Assembly: GCA_965235115.1 (NCBI GenBank)
Contig: OZ249442.1
Span: forward strand, 21,576,001 to 21,640,000
Direction of reading: 5' to 3'
DNA from: Laetmonice hystrix
Taxonomy: Eukaryota
Length of the DNA: 64,000 bases
In this document: positions 48,301 to 61,675 of the stretch, piece by piece
Position numbering within the stretch: position 1 is the first letter of the stretch
Layout of the letters: the number at the start of each line of letters is the position of its first letter
The notes under the pieces: generated by a model
Seen by the model: the letters and a program-made list of their open reading frames with translations, nothing else
Told to the model about the DNA's origin: nothing
Database searches by the model: none
Position numbers and translations under genes: made by a program

Positions 48301-51300
48301 ATTGAATTGGATGTTGCTTATGAAAATATTCAGCCCTTTTTGATATGGTTTCCATTCCATATCAGATAGAAAATTGTGCGTTTTGATGATTAATGGGCAC
48401 CCTTTGGGACCATGTCACTAACTCCCAAACATATACTACATACTTATTTTTGTGATAATTTATGGATCCAAAAGTTTCAAGTAGTAGTTGTATAAATAAG
48501 ATCCAAAGTTATAGGAGAGAAAAATCAAGAAGCTCGTTTGAATATTATTTCGTTGAACTGTAGCTAAAGTGGTCTGATATCGACTTTATTAATCTGATAG
48601 ACAATCAATTTTAGAAATTGAACCTGAAACTACAGAATAGCAGTGATTACCAGAGCTTATTATGGCAAGTAGATTATTGCTTTGATCCTATTTCAATCGC
48701 AGAGAGGAGCTATTAATTTTAATCTAGGCATTGAGTTAGCCACTATAATGTGTAACGAGTCAACCTTTTTGTACAGTGCGTTTCACCGTAGAACGTAGAC
48801 GAGATATTTCACAATGATAGTGTTCCATAGATAGTGGGATGGACAGGCTTAGCCTGTGTGCCTATCTCTGCAAAATGTTACAGGTCATAATGTAAAAGCC
48901 TTGAAACTGGCGATACATTTCCATCTTATCGTGTCGTTTTCTGCCATGTGGCGTTGTTTTTTAATGGTCTGAGCATCACCTAGTGACAGTCTGCTGGGGA
49001 AGGACTGGCATGGGTACCATTAGCATGGATCATATTGGGCTTTAGTACGAGTGTTTGAACTCGGAACTCTGCTCCACCATGGGGTGTTCATGGTCTTCGA
49101 CATGGTAACATCTGCTGTCGGCTCAGCCCTCAATCTACTATCACCCAGTCCCTTATCTCAACCCCACCCCCACCCCACTTCACCCTACCCCCTCCTGTCT
49201 CCCGCCAATACCGACCAGGTTCAACTTTCCCATACATTCATCAGTGGTGCACTAGATCCCGTCAATGTATGGGACTATGTCAGAGCGGGCTGCAGACTTC
49301 CAGGTCATTATACCTCCAGGGCTCACCCCCACGGTCCTGGCGCCTGGTCCTCCACGCCAGGAATCAATAGCGCCATCCGTCCTCCAGGGCGCCAGGATGG
49401 AGCCAGCTGTCCTGCCAAACCCGCCTCCTGTGTGGCCCTCCAGTCCCCCCACCACCACCACCACCACCACCAGCCGGCACAACCACCGCCAACCGCTTTC
49501 TCTGGCTAACTCGGCCATAAAACGACTCCATCAGAATCTTGTCACCATCTATCAGCCCGACAAATCCCCAAGTTGGCACTTTTTTTAAGAGGATTGGTGA
49601 AGATTCGATGTGGCGATGCCATGCCGTAGGTGAGGAGGTAGAAGGAAGACAGCAGTTTTTCCCACAGTCTGTAGGATAATGGAAGACGCAGTCTCCGATT
49701 GTATCCTAACACTGCCATTTACATGCCGGAATCAGCACCCAACACATCACTGCTTGGTCTTTGTCCCAGCCTTATTTATTTTATTTAAAGGCTTGACTTC
49801 AATAGACTATTAAAACATGTGCCGATTTGATTGTGATCCACACCCATATTGAATGAATAATTTGCTCAGTGCATGCTCAAATTGTTTGGCACGTGAATCT
49901 AAAACCAAAGCTATTTAGCTCACTGTAGTACAGCAGGTAACACCAAAGTAGTGCACATTCAGTTCCGCTGCCCAGTCATTTATTTCGTGTCTGGGGTATA
50001 GAGGCTTCAAGCTTTCAGCGCCAATCTATTGGAGTATGCTTTCCTCAAATACCCTGAATTACGCCTATTTAGGACCCATGTTTGTTCATGGGGGTTAAAC
50101 AACCGTCCTAAATGCTTTCCACTAATGGAACTTTTCCTGGCCCCAGCTCCCCATGTATTTTATAACTTGAGCAGCCTACATTCATTTTGTCATCCGAAAA
50201 ATCATTCGCGGTACATTGCTAAGGAAGTGTAGATTCCCACAAATTATGCCTGCCAAAACTACTGACAAAAAAAATCGATCTTTATCTTTTTTATTTCATC
50301 TGAAAAAAGTATACTAAACTGTTTGATAGCGACGCCTTATCGCAGTCGGGATTTTCCAACTTCATGTTTTAATAGTCATGATCGATCATATCGTTTTCAT
50401 AGGTAGAATCCGTGATTTTGTACGAAAACTGTAGAAAACTATATCTTCTTCAGTAGTCAGAAAGACAGGTTCGGAGTGGCAGACAAATCTCTCCTTATCA
50501 TCACAGAAACCAGTTATCTCGGTAGGAGGTATGAATAAAAGATGGGCTTGCCGCGCGGAAGGGAAGGCACTATCATCAACCGATCCAGACTATTCATAAC
50601 ATGGGTAAAAACATCGTGAAAATTTCGAGAAAAAAATCCTTCGTGTTTTTAAGTAAAGACTAGTTTGACACTAGTTTCCTTGAACTGTTTGTGGTTTATA
50701 GTATCCCCGCGAACGGATGGTATAGAGGGGTGTGGATCTGATCATAGTGGAGCATAGTGATCATAGTGATCATAGTGAACCTGATACAAGTGGGGAGTGT
50801 ATGATCTGATAGAACTGGCATATGTAATGAGGTACAGCCGAGGTAGGCTGCGGTGGACATTGATAAGGCTGGGAGGATCGAGCCAGTATCCAGGCTTTAA
50901 CTTGTAACAGCAGCCTTACCGGTTACAGATGGCCTCGAACCCCCAGACGGTCTGCATCCACAACTCATTCATATTTATTACCGCTCCGTGGGACTCATGT
51001 TTTGGTTTCTGAGGTGTCCAGGCGGTAACGTTACTCCCCCAGTCAGAATAAGATATGTAGAATAGAAATGTTATAACGCTGCATTTTGGTGCGTTTCACA
51101 ACTATCGTTATCCTGTCGTGCGTTAAAATCCTCATTGAAAATACATTGGTGTTAACGATAAGACAAGCTAACGACAGGTGGTGAAACGCACCCTGGAGTG
51201 CAATGTCATAGACAAATATGCAGACGTCTTTTTGAGGATTTACCAAAATATAAATTGACAAAAAAAGAAAGAAAAATTAGAAGAGACTGACGTGGTTTGG

Positions 51301-54300
51301 ACGAGTAAAAGTCAGCATCTTAATTTAAGAGCGTTAGTGTCAACAGTCATACAGGCAAATCGGTATCATGAGGTATCTTTACATGCTTTTAAAAAACTAG
51401 ACAACTTTGCTGTCTCTGGGTTTCTGGTTTGAAAAGATTTCATATCCAGTATAAATTTCATAAGCCAAGCCTGGCCACTGAGGATCAGTTACAAAGGTAG
51501 TAAAACTGACGGCGTGTGTGTCTGTGGTCAGTCAAAGCACCTCTGGCATATGGCAGACGGCAGCTGGAGCCTTCCATTCAGCTTGCTTCTTCTTTTCGTA
51601 TTTTTAACTAAGAATCAATTTATCCCCTGGTTGAATGAACCACAGCGTTCTATTTTTGTATCATACGTGTTATATTAGCCAAGCAATCATAACGGCGCTA
51701 AAATAGAAATCTAGTCCTGGTCCCATCACCTTTACCAGTTACAAGAAAAAGCGTGTCACGTGACCAGCTGACCAGCTGCGATCTCTTGCCCTGGAGGTAT
51801 ACGTTGATATTTGGCAGTCTGTGAGATGATCGAGACTCTAGAGGAGTTATACCTTGTAGTATTCCTGAAATATAGAAATGTGTCATAAAGTCAAGTTCAT
51901 TATATCAAGTGTCATGAAATTTGATCATCAGCTCATCGTAACCTGTCACCTACAGCTTGAGGTCAGAGATATGTGCGTCCTGGTAGTATCTTCGCTGAGG
52001 GTATATCATTCATGTATGGTTTACCGGACAAATACCATCAGAGGTGATCTGTCACTGCCATCATGTATGGTTTACTGGACAAATACTATCAGAGGTGATC
52101 TGTCACTACCATCATGTATGGTTTACCGGACAAATACCATCAGAGGTGATCTGTCACTGCCATCATGTATGGTTTACCGGACAAATACCATCAGAGGTGA
52201 TCTGTCACTGCCATCATGTATGGTTTACCGGACAAATACCATCAGAGGTGATCTGTCACTGCCATCATGTATGGTTTACCGGACAAATACCATCAGAGGT
52301 GATCTGTCACTACCATCATGTATGGTTTACCGGACAAATACCATCAGAGGTGATCTGTCACTGCCATCATGTATGGTTTACCGGACAAATACCATCACAG
52401 CTGATCTGTCACTACCATCATGTATGGTTTACTGGACAAATACCATCAGAGGTGATCTGTCACTGCCATCATGTATGGTTTACCGGACAAATACCATCAG
52501 AGGTGATCTGTCACTGCCATCATGTATGGTTTACCGGACAAATACCATCAGAGGTGATCTGTCACTGCCATCATGTATGGTTTACCGGACAAATACCATC
52601 AGAGGTGATCTGTCACTGCCATCATGTATGGTTTACCGGACAAATACCATCAGAGGTGATCTGTCACTGCCATCATGTATGGTTTACTGGACAAATACCA
52701 TCAGAGGTGATCTGTCACTGCCATCATGTATGGTTTACCGGACAAATACCATCACAGGTGATCTGTCACTGCCATCATGTATGGTTTACTGGACAAATAC
52801 CATCAGAGGTGATCTGTCACTGCCATCATGTATGGTTTACCGGACAAATACCATCACAGGTGATCTGTCACTGCCATCATGTATGGTTTACCAGACAAAT
52901 ACCATCAGAGGTGATCTGTCACTGCCATCATGTATGGTTTACTGGACAAATACCATCACAGGTGACCTGTCGATCTGTACCATGACGACGTAATGATAGT
53001 TGGAGGGCTTTTCTCTTTTTTCCTGGTTAAAATAAGCAATAAATGGCATATATTTGCAGTGTGATGTACTTGAATGCTGAATAAAGCTGTGCATCTGTGA
53101 AGTCCCTCAAAATTACAGATTCTCCAGATCTTTTCGCTGACTTCTCATTAGCTTTCGCTCGCCGTAGCCTGTGTTATGTCTCTCAGATATAATTAGTGGA
53201 TCCTGGTTTTAGACAAGGTGGTCGTTTCGACCTCTTGCCCACAGCCGTGGGCCTGGTGGAATCCGCAACCAGGTCAGAGTGGCTGTGAGTCTGGCTCCCG
53301 CTAAAGGTCGACCAGAAAACTGTACGATCAGCATCAAATCATGCAGAACTGCGAGAAATACCTTCGTTAACATTTGCACCTGGTCCATCTTCTCGATACT
53401 GCTGCTGTTTTGTGAGATTGTGCTGTAATATTAACTAACATTATTGATATCGTTCTAGAAATCTCTTTCCCGGTAAAGAACAGTCGTGATTATATTTAGA
53501 CAGTTTGAGGGAATAAATAATGAATGGCATTCATGGCACGTAACGACAGCCACCGCTTTCAATAGCGTTTTGAATTGAATTGCAATTACTTTTTTTTCCA
53601 AATCGATGTTGGAGATTTGCAGGCTGAAATATGTCCGCTACTGATCCCCATTTATGTTTGAAATGCGAAAATCAATATATTTTAGAAAGTAAGAAATAAT
53701 CATTTTCCCTTTTTTACAGGATTCAGGGGGATCGGCCGAAGGACTCGTATCGGGATGGGCGCCATTTTGGGAGTGTTGTTTGCTGCCATTTGTTTCTGTA
53801 TCATTGGAGTGGTGGTCTGTGTGATTTGTTGTCGGCGTCGGCGTGCTTACTCCAGGGGAGAGGTCCTCCAGCAGCAACACACTACAGTACACACAGGAGG
53901 ACCGCCAGGCCCACCTCCTCCAGGGCTAAACCCACCCCACAGCCCATACCAACCAGGTAATAATACAAATTTACGTTTTTAAGGCTTTTAATGGTGATGA
54001 CTTCAAATCCTAAAGGAAATCCAAAGATTAGTATATAAATCCTAAAAAATACTATTGTTTTGTAGCAGCAGTTTGGCTAATTAGGAGGGTGAATGACAAC
54101 GTTAATCATGTGTCCTCTTGGCTGCAGGGTATCAACATCAACAGCCAGGCTACAACCCCCAGGCTTACCCGCCACCACAGGGCCCGCCCCCTTATAATTA
54201 CCCTCCACCCCAACACTCAGGGTTCTACCCTCCACCGAGCGCACCCCCGCCTGGTAAGTAGAAACCAACGCGTTACGGGTTTTCACAACTTAACTTCTTA

Positions 54301-54822
54301 CTTAAGCTTAAATCTTCTGATTAGCTTAGACCAGCCAATCAGGAGCCTTACGCTTAAGATTAAGCGAGAACTTATGTTTTGATTAACTGGGCTCATGCCA
54401 ACCCTTGCTCAGCTCAGCTCACCCTTGCTCACGGTGGAAAAGTACACAAAAACCGGGCCCTGGGCCCTAAGGAAAACTATCATCAACAGCGTTGTTTAAA
54501 CGCGGTCTGATCGTTATGAAACCTACAAGGGCGTTGGTAAAGTACGTAAACGTGCGGGTTTTCAATATTCATTATGAGTATTACTTATGTATTACTTAAT
54601 TACGTTCAAATCGCTCTTCTCTTACTTTCTGTCGAGGCCCTTCTCTCAACATTTACTCCTGTATAAAGTGGAAACGCAAATGTTGAGTTATCATTGTTTA
54701 GAGATGGCAGTGTATGTTTTCCAGGATATCCACCAGGTGGCGACATGTACCCGCCGCCACAAGGAGCGTTCAGCTACAACACATCGATGGACCAAGTCAA
54801 GATGCCCATGGCACCGCAGTAA
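39376..54822 (+). CDS. CUB + LDL-receptor class A single-pass membrane protein with Pro/Tyr-rich tail (MIG-13/LDLRAD/LRP12-like), about 352 aa
   Basis: Exons 39376-39490 (signal peptide), 43002-43240 and 43497-43629 (CUB), 44066-44176 (LDLa: [30 protein letters not shown]), 53720-53956 ([26 protein letters not shown] + RRRR), 54128-54253 (PPPY motif), 54725-54822 (stop). All phases match (1059 nt). The 9.5-kb link from the LDLa exon to the TM exon is inferred from phase only. Confidence 0.8.
39870..40117. mobile_element. Short MITE (CAGGGGC.GATCC family)
   Basis: CAGGGGCAGATCCA .. AATCCGCCCCTG inverted termini with a G-run. Confidence 0.7.
41230..41325 (+). mobile_element. tRNA-derived SINE head or tRNA pseudogene
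   Basis: A-box GTGGCCGAGTGG (41236) and B-box GGTTCGATTCC (41305), but no acceptor stem that I can pair. It interrupts degenerate copies of the 50-bp minisatellite. Confidence 0.45.
41404..42672. repeat. ~50-bp GC-rich minisatellite, about 25 units, in intron 1 of the CUB-LDLa gene
   Basis: Unit GGTGAGGCCGGCCACCAAGCCCCCACCCCGGTCATGTGCTTACTACAGCC with shortened variants. It explains the repetitive ORFs at 41464-42534. Confidence 0.95.
46501..46627. repeat. 43-bp tandem triplication
   Basis: GAACAGATTGTATTGTAATGATAGCTGTAGGACTCTACGACTT starting at 46501, 46544 and 46587. Confidence 0.9.
52010..52971. repeat. 51-bp minisatellite, about 19 near-identical copies
   Basis: Unit TCATGTATGGTTTACCGGACAAATACCATCAGAGGTGATCTGTCACTGCCA, head-to-tail with no spacers. 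It generates the 371-aa and 313-aa repeat ORFs. Confidence 0.97.
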
Positions 54823-55024
54823 CGGTTCATGTATCAACCCGCTAGAATCAAACTAATCTAGTCTAGGGGTGGATCCAGGATTAGGCAAGTGGGAGGTGAA
54901 GGGGTCCGACAGGGAAAGTCGGGGGTAAAGGTGGCTCAAAAGGGAAAGCTGAAAGGGGGGAGAGGATCACAGTCAGGAAGGAGTACTGTGTGTTGGAGGC
55001 AAATAAAAATTGGTCTGCGCTATA

Positions 55025-55157
55025 CAGGCGCAGATCCAGGGGTTGTGGGGACTAAAACACCTGTGACAAAAAGAAGAAAATGTAAGTGGAAAAAAGAGAA
55101 AGAAGGGACCAAACCCACCCCACGCCCCCATTTCCAAAAATTTGGATTCTGCTCCTG
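55025..55157. mobile_element. Short MITE
   Basis: CAGGCGCAGATCCA / TGGATTCTGCTCCTG imperfect inverted termini. Confidence 0.5.
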
Positions 55158-56892
55158 CTAATGAAGAGGACCCCCCCCCCTCCCCCAATCTATTATAACC
55201 TACAAAGGACTTAACTCTCATTTCATCTCTTAAGTCTCTTCATCTTTGATTGTAACACATATATGTGAACAGTCATTGGTTCAAAGTTTGCTGTGTTTAC
55301 ATCTAGCCGACTGTTACTGACAATCTCGAAGTTCCCGCCCACCCAAGGTAAAATCCAAAGGGCATCATTTTCAGGAGAATCAGAATATCGGGATCGTAAA
55401 AACATTGAATATTCACTTGCTATTGTAAATTAATACAGACAAAGTGAAACATACGCTACACTTTTTACAAGTATTGAGTCTCAGAATATATAATGTGATG
55501 GGAATTGTCTAGCATGGAATCGGTTGACAGTGTAATGCTATATTTCTTATGTACTTGTATCGGACACGGTAAACATCAAACCAGTTTTTTTTATGTCTGT
55601 ATGAGAAAAAACAACAACATGCACATGTACTATTGTACTTAGGTCGGGAGAGCGGACTGCCATTTCCTCCTTGTAGTTGAGGAATTATTTTACTTTAGTT
55701 TGGACCAGCTGTGAAATCTACTGGTACCATTAGGCAGTGTATTGAATTGATTAAATTTGTTCATATTTTGAGTATTCTTATTACTTGTTTTGAGTGGGGA
55801 CGAGAAAGTTCTAGCAAGGGAACTTATGTACATGTACATTCTTTAGAGTATAGATTTGATTACATGTACATGTATTCAGATTGTAGATTACAATGTACTA
55901 TTGTAGTACTTAAAGGATGGGGGAATACCCAAAAATGAGGACCAAGATATGCCCTCGTCGAAATGTTTGAAAGAAGTTGTTTTCTGAAAGAGTATCTATG
56001 GAAAAAAGTGGGGGACGTTGGAGGCGCAGAGGTGTGGGCTCTCTGGCCAAGATTGTTCATTTGGTCCTTTGAAGGAAATTGCATACACAATTTTTTTTTC
56101 TGAATTATTTTGCTAATCAGTAAGAACTTCGGATTGAAATTCAGATATTAATTGGATGAGGCAGCTGACTGGTAAGATTAAAGTAACGTACGGAATCCTA
56201 CAATTGAAACGCATTTGCATTCGCCTTGAAACATATCTGGAATGCTGTAAACCGTATTTTGTCTTTCAGGATTTTTCTTAAGGCGTGCTCTATGCTAGAC
56301 TGTATATATTACTATGTCAGTACCTAACTCATGTATAATATATCCTGTATATACTATATGTAGCATGACGTGAACTTTACAATTTTTTGGTGCTTTAGAT
56401 GTGAGACGATAAATAGTTTGTACGAAATTATATAGAAAAAACAGAATGTATTGAAAATTAATTAGGATTGTAAAATATGCCAGAAGTGTAAGGCCGTGAT
56501 GGAAACTAAGCTAGAAAAACCAGTACCTTTTAGAAACAGGATATCTAGTCAGGACTGGTTTCCTACTTTAGGAATAGCAGTACATCTAGTCTTGTGTCTG
56601 AATAATAGAATATCTCTCAGTAAAGAGTTACTAAATGGACTCGTAGTCACAGTGGTATTATTACGCATTTAAATACGGTAGTTGATGTGTGCGACGGAGT
56701 GACAAAATACATTTTGATTGTCTTTCCATCCACCATGTAAAACACTGTATGATCTGTCAAGGTCGGCTCCCTTAAAGAAAGATTTGGAATCCCTGGCGAT
56801 GCCTACACGAAGGGGCTGTTGTGATGACGAATCAACATCGAAATTGGCAATACATGTACGTGTATAATTATGAATTTCTGTGTATCTTAAAA

Positions 56893-57134
56893 AACCTTTG
56901 CTGTGAGATTTTGCAGTGATACCCAGGGCAAATGTAGCCTTGCGATTTTTACTTTTTTAAACCAGGATTAGATTTACATGTATTTTGTTGCCTGGAAGGA
57001 AATTTTAACCTTTAAGAACCTTTGCTGTGAGATATTGCAGTGATACCCAGGGCAAATGTAGCCTTGCGATTTTTACTTTTTTAAACCAGGATTAGATTTA
57101 TTTTGTTGCCTGGTAGCCGAATTTTAACCTTTAA
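56893..57134. repeat. ~120-bp tandem duplication
   Basis: AACCTTTGCTGTGAGA..TTTTAACCTTTAA starting at 56893 and 57017. Confidence 0.85.
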
Positions 57135-60100
57135 AATTTTGCACAATCGGTAGGAGTAGCGTTTAGACCCTATTATGGGCGGAGTGACGAATATTGCGAT
57201 TATTTAGGCAAGAGAATGCTGTATGGAATTTTTACATGAACATCACATCGATAAGTAGTGCTAGGGTTGCTTAGATCTAACATTTTCAGAAACTCAAGTG
57301 AACCGCGATTATTACGTCACATTTGTTAAAGGTGAGCAAATGAATCTCTTCATCGATGGTAGGTGAAAATACCAGATACGGTGTTATTGTTTACTTGATT
57401 TAGGAAAAAAGGTAGTCTAGTAGATGAATACTAGTATTACGAATTGTTATATAGTGTGTGTTAAAACCAGGTTGAAACGGTTGACGGGATGAGAATGGCT
57501 GTAGTGGTAGTGTACAAACCAAGGGTAACGTAGTGTACCTCTAGTGTAGTGGAGACATGGTCATACTATAGGTATTGACATGTGTTAAAGTTAAGCAGAT
57601 TTGTTAACCTCCAATCCAAAGGGGCGTAAAGTTATAATTTGGCCTTCCCCCGTACGTACATCTGTATATAGGTCAACTAGTATGAAACTTTGGTATCACT
57701 CAAAATGGCCGCTTGACGGCCATCTTAGATAAACACAATACCCCAGTATTTGGAACAGTAACTCAGACAAAAGTTTATAATCTGGATTTCTTTTAAAATT
57801 GGTGCAAAGAGGAAGCAAATGAGGTCCAATATGGATGCAAATGCTCAAGGTTATAGTTACAATGCCATGGCAGCCCCGTCTTGAAGTTGTGAATGAACAA
57901 AAATACGCGATTTAATATTGGTTTTCAACCTCGGTTGAGATGGAGTGCCCCGTAGTCTGCACCACTATTTTATTTGACCTTGAGTGACCTTTAAAGGTCA
58001 TTCCTAAGGAATGAGTGATATATATGAATGGGGTAAGTTTCATTTGTGTAACATGTTTCGAACATGTTCTCAGATAGACTGTATCTTGAAAACAAAGTAA
58101 GCATTGTTTCCCTAACCATAGATAATAAGTCACTCATTGCCTATAGTTGAGGGCTTTGACACGGACAGTGTTGTTACATGAAGGAATGATTAATTATGAT
58201 ACATACACAAAGAATGACATAATGTTATGCCTGCAGTGCTATCTATTGATAAGTGTATACGTGATAATTAGTTAGGTAGAGTATTACTGGGTACACTTTG
58301 TCTGAAGTTATACCGTTTCGTGCCTATCTTTTCTCACAAATCAGCACTATATGAGTATACTCGGTACACATTGAGGAACTCACCTCGGTAGCTCCCTCCG
58401 TACTCAGGTACCCATGCACTTAGTACTCCAATTAGATTATCTAAGTTTGATACTCAATTCATACTCAGCTTGTTACGGTGTCTGCACCTTATATACGGAT
58501 CGTGTGAATCCTGGAAAAGCATAGGTTTACTTTTATGTTTCCCAGGCCAAAAATATGGAATTCCTACTACCAGTACTTTTTTAAAAATCATGAAGTAAGC
58601 CACTGAGCAATATCTGGCGTTTGATAGAGCAGTATCTGGAGTTTGAATGAGTGTTTATTTTGAAACAAGCCTCCTCAGTTGTCACCTTAATTTAAAACCA
58701 TTGATTTTTTGGGGGGTGGGGGGTCGGGGGTCCCCCCTTCCTTTTCTTTTCTCTTAAAGGTATCCTCCTTATGTAAAAGTCACACTTACCTTTGAATCCC
58801 AGGGACACCATGTTAACATTTCAGGCTCGAGTGACAAACGAAATTATTTAAAGTACATATAAAAATGGAGTTATGTTAGGGCACGTTCAACATGTCTGCT
58901 ATTTTCTGAAGCCAGCGCAGGCTGGGAGCTACGGTTGGTGTTTCCCTAGATTATAGAGTATGTCCAAATATGGCAGTATAATCGGACTGGAAGCAAAGAG
59001 GACAGCGGAGACGTATTTTTCTATTTCATTTTTAAAATACTTTCGGTTATCGCTCGAACCTGAAATTTTAACATGGTGTAGTATGGGGCTAACCTATCCT
59101 GAGGGGGACTGTGACAATTTAAAGCAAAGATGACATGACATAATGGCTACAATGAACGACCGGTAAGCATTCCCTTTAAGGGGAAAATCGTTCCTAGTCT
59201 ACAGTTGGTGCTTCCCTTTATAATCTCAGGTCCATTTTAGTCTTTTATCCTTGTATATCATTTCCTTTGAGCTCAGAGCAACCCAATGGCCTACTTCCCG
59301 TTACGAGTTGTCGAAACGTTTGGGGTTTGTTTTTCTGTTCATTTATTATAGACTTCAAAATATTCCGGTACACATACATACACGTATACATAGGTATTTA
59401 CCAAAAAATTTGCAAGATGAAAGGTTTTATAACTTTACCTTACATAAACTGCTTTAGTACAAGGTACAACTTGTTTAGTGTCAAGGTTTTAAATGAGGTG
59501 TCGGTGTATTATGAAAAGAGAATAAAGTCACTGGGGAACCATGTGTTAGATGTACCAAACCAGCGAGGTGCTCATATTATTGTAGCATTGTTATGCGTGT
59601 CAATAAAGGACATACAAAACAAAGACCCGTTTGGAACATTATTTTGTGAGATCACTGCAGCATTATTAAGATACAAACTTGCTCCTGATTTTAGGTCCCA
59701 AACTGTATCTTAACAATGAAAACGTTAACAGGGTTTTTTTTGTCTGGGGACCATCAGGTTTTAAAGATACCCAGTAAAGCTTACCAGGACCCTAATCACC
59801 GAATTATTGTTACTTACGAGCAGTTATGCAGACCTACCCTAATTCAACTTGGATGTTGTACCAAATTTTGTTAACAGGATTTCAATTTTTGTAGGGATAC
59901 TTTTTTCAGCATATAAACAGATTATGTTAACATTTTTCTATTGAATTTTCAATATAAGAAATACATGATCGATTATCTGGATAAATTGTCATATTTATAG
60001 CACTGTAACATTGATGTGATTGGTGCTGAACAGAAGATGCAAATCTGATCATCGCAGAAAGAGGTACAAAGTGAGTTTGACCTGCAGGCAGAAGAGGGAC

Positions 60101-60360
60101 CATTTCAGATATGTTTTCTGAATGCCAAAATGACTTGAAATATGTTGAACCCTGATTGATACCAAATACACATCTTAGTTGATGCTTTTTATTATTCTCA
60201 TCCTCAAGATTGTAACAAACTGTCTCGGTGCCTCATCAGTATTTCACACAAACAAATTTGGAGTTTTATTTTGTTTTTTCATACATAGGGTTTCATTCCT
60301 CTACTTTTTTAAACAGCGGTGATAACCCCTGAAAAAGATGTCTCATGCTCCCATCACATT

Positions 60361-60732
60361 TTAATCCTCACGATAGAGTTTGTATTTAGACATCTTTTGC
60401 ATCTGTTTATGTCGTGGTTTCAATCTGCATTCCACATACAGGCGGTTTTCTCTGCGCACAAAATAACAAGCAGGGCATCGTTTCCGTAGCGCTACCTTTA
60501 CTTTGTAAGTCTGTATTTGAATGACTGCTGGGAATGCAGGGTTCGCTTTCAGCATTCCTGGTGCAAATGTTTGAGTGAGTGGGCCTAACTGGATAACTCC
60601 AGGCCACAGCTTCTTCTGCCACAGGGCTGGTGGAGTCACACACGATGCTATTGTTCTTGGAAGTAGACCCTGTAGTGTAGTCCAAGGAGATACAAGTCTG
60701 ACAGCTGATAGAGCTCGCGAGACTGAAAACAT
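60361..60732 (-). CDS. MRPL36: Mitochondrial large ribosomal subunit protein bL36m, 123 aa
   Basis: Single coding exon. An N-terminal presequence-like region (Arg/Ser/Leu/Ala-rich, almost no acidic residues) precedes [35 protein letters not shown], the bL36 CxxC..C..H signature. Confidence 0.95.
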   Translation of the reverse strand: MFSVSRALSAVRLVSPWTTLQGLLPRTIASCVTPPALWQKKLWPGVIQLGPLTQTFAPGMLKANPAFPAVIQIQTYKVKVALRKRCPACYFVRRENRLYVECRLKPRHKQMQKMSKYKLYRED

Positions 60733-61336
60733 TTTCTACTTTGTGGCTCAGCGTCAACGAAAGGCTGGATACTCTGGCTGCATGGGCTCGCGTCAAACAC
60801 CGTTGCAAGGTGGGGAAGCCTTAGTCAAGTTAGTGAGGGGAACCACCTGCAAAGACAAAAACTGTATTGTTATAATAACATTGGGAGGAGGGGGCAGGCA
60901 CCAGAGTGACTACACGACCGTCTACACTACACAATCTACACTAACGTGACTTACACTTACACAAGTCACAGTACTGCACAGTACTGACAGAGTGTCACTG
61001 TAGTTCACTAGTTGTGTCAGTCAGCGAGTCAGGATCATACTCATACTCGTAGTCATAGCCTATGACATAGGCCCATTTGCCAATAGTGGCATTAAATCTA
61101 TCACAGTTTCTCACGGCACTTACAGGCAGCTTTCTGGGGGCGCCAGTCGCTTAGCTATATTTCCTAAATTGGCCTAATAACACTGGCTAGCGGTGACATT
61201 CACACTCACAGCAAACTATAGTATAAATCCATGCTCGCCCTAACCGGATGTTGGTCTGTCGACAGAGAGAAAGATTGACCGGTTAAAATAATAAATTTGT
61301 AGTTCTCCTTAATTCCGCTTGGGGATACGGCATATT

Positions 61337-61352
61337 CCGCCAGAGGGCACCA
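61337..61352 (+). promoter_or_regulatory. CTCF-like motif upstream of MRPL36
   Basis: CCGCCAGAGGGCACCA closely matches the CTCF consensus; an ETS-like CCGGATGT lies near 61243. Confidence 0.5.
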
Positions 61353-61519
61353 TCATCGAAGGTGAAATACCCGTTGATTACCGAACCCTTCGCGATGATC
61401 TCCGCGATGGTAGGCCTAAACTTATGGCTGGGCCCAAATAATAAATTGCCGGTAGGCCTAATCTTACAATAGGCCTAACCTTCTTTCATTTGGCCAGCAT
61501 ACCCCAAGTAGGCCTTGAG

Positions 61520-61675
61520 CAGTGGCGGATGGTGGGTGGGTGGGGCGGGGGCCTTATTTTATGTGGGGGTTGCAACCCCCTCCCCCCTTACAAAGTAGTT
61601 TGAAACATACTCAACCCCCCCCCTCCCTTCCCTGGGTGTCCCCTCCCTTCTCCGCGCCAACCTGGATCCGCCCTG
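61520..61675. mobile_element. Short MITE
   Basis: CAGTGGCGGAT .. ATCCGCCCTG inverted termini with G- and C-runs. Confidence 0.6.

Noticed and set aside
52010-52971. CRISPR-like array or 371-aa repeat protein
   Set aside because: Units are head-to-tail with no unique spacers, there are no cas genes and the context is eukaryotic. The ORFs follow automatically from a stop-free 51-bp unit.
59267-59713. 148-aa ORF
   Set aside because: AT-rich, low-information sequence with no domain; probably a chance ORF downstream of MRPL36.
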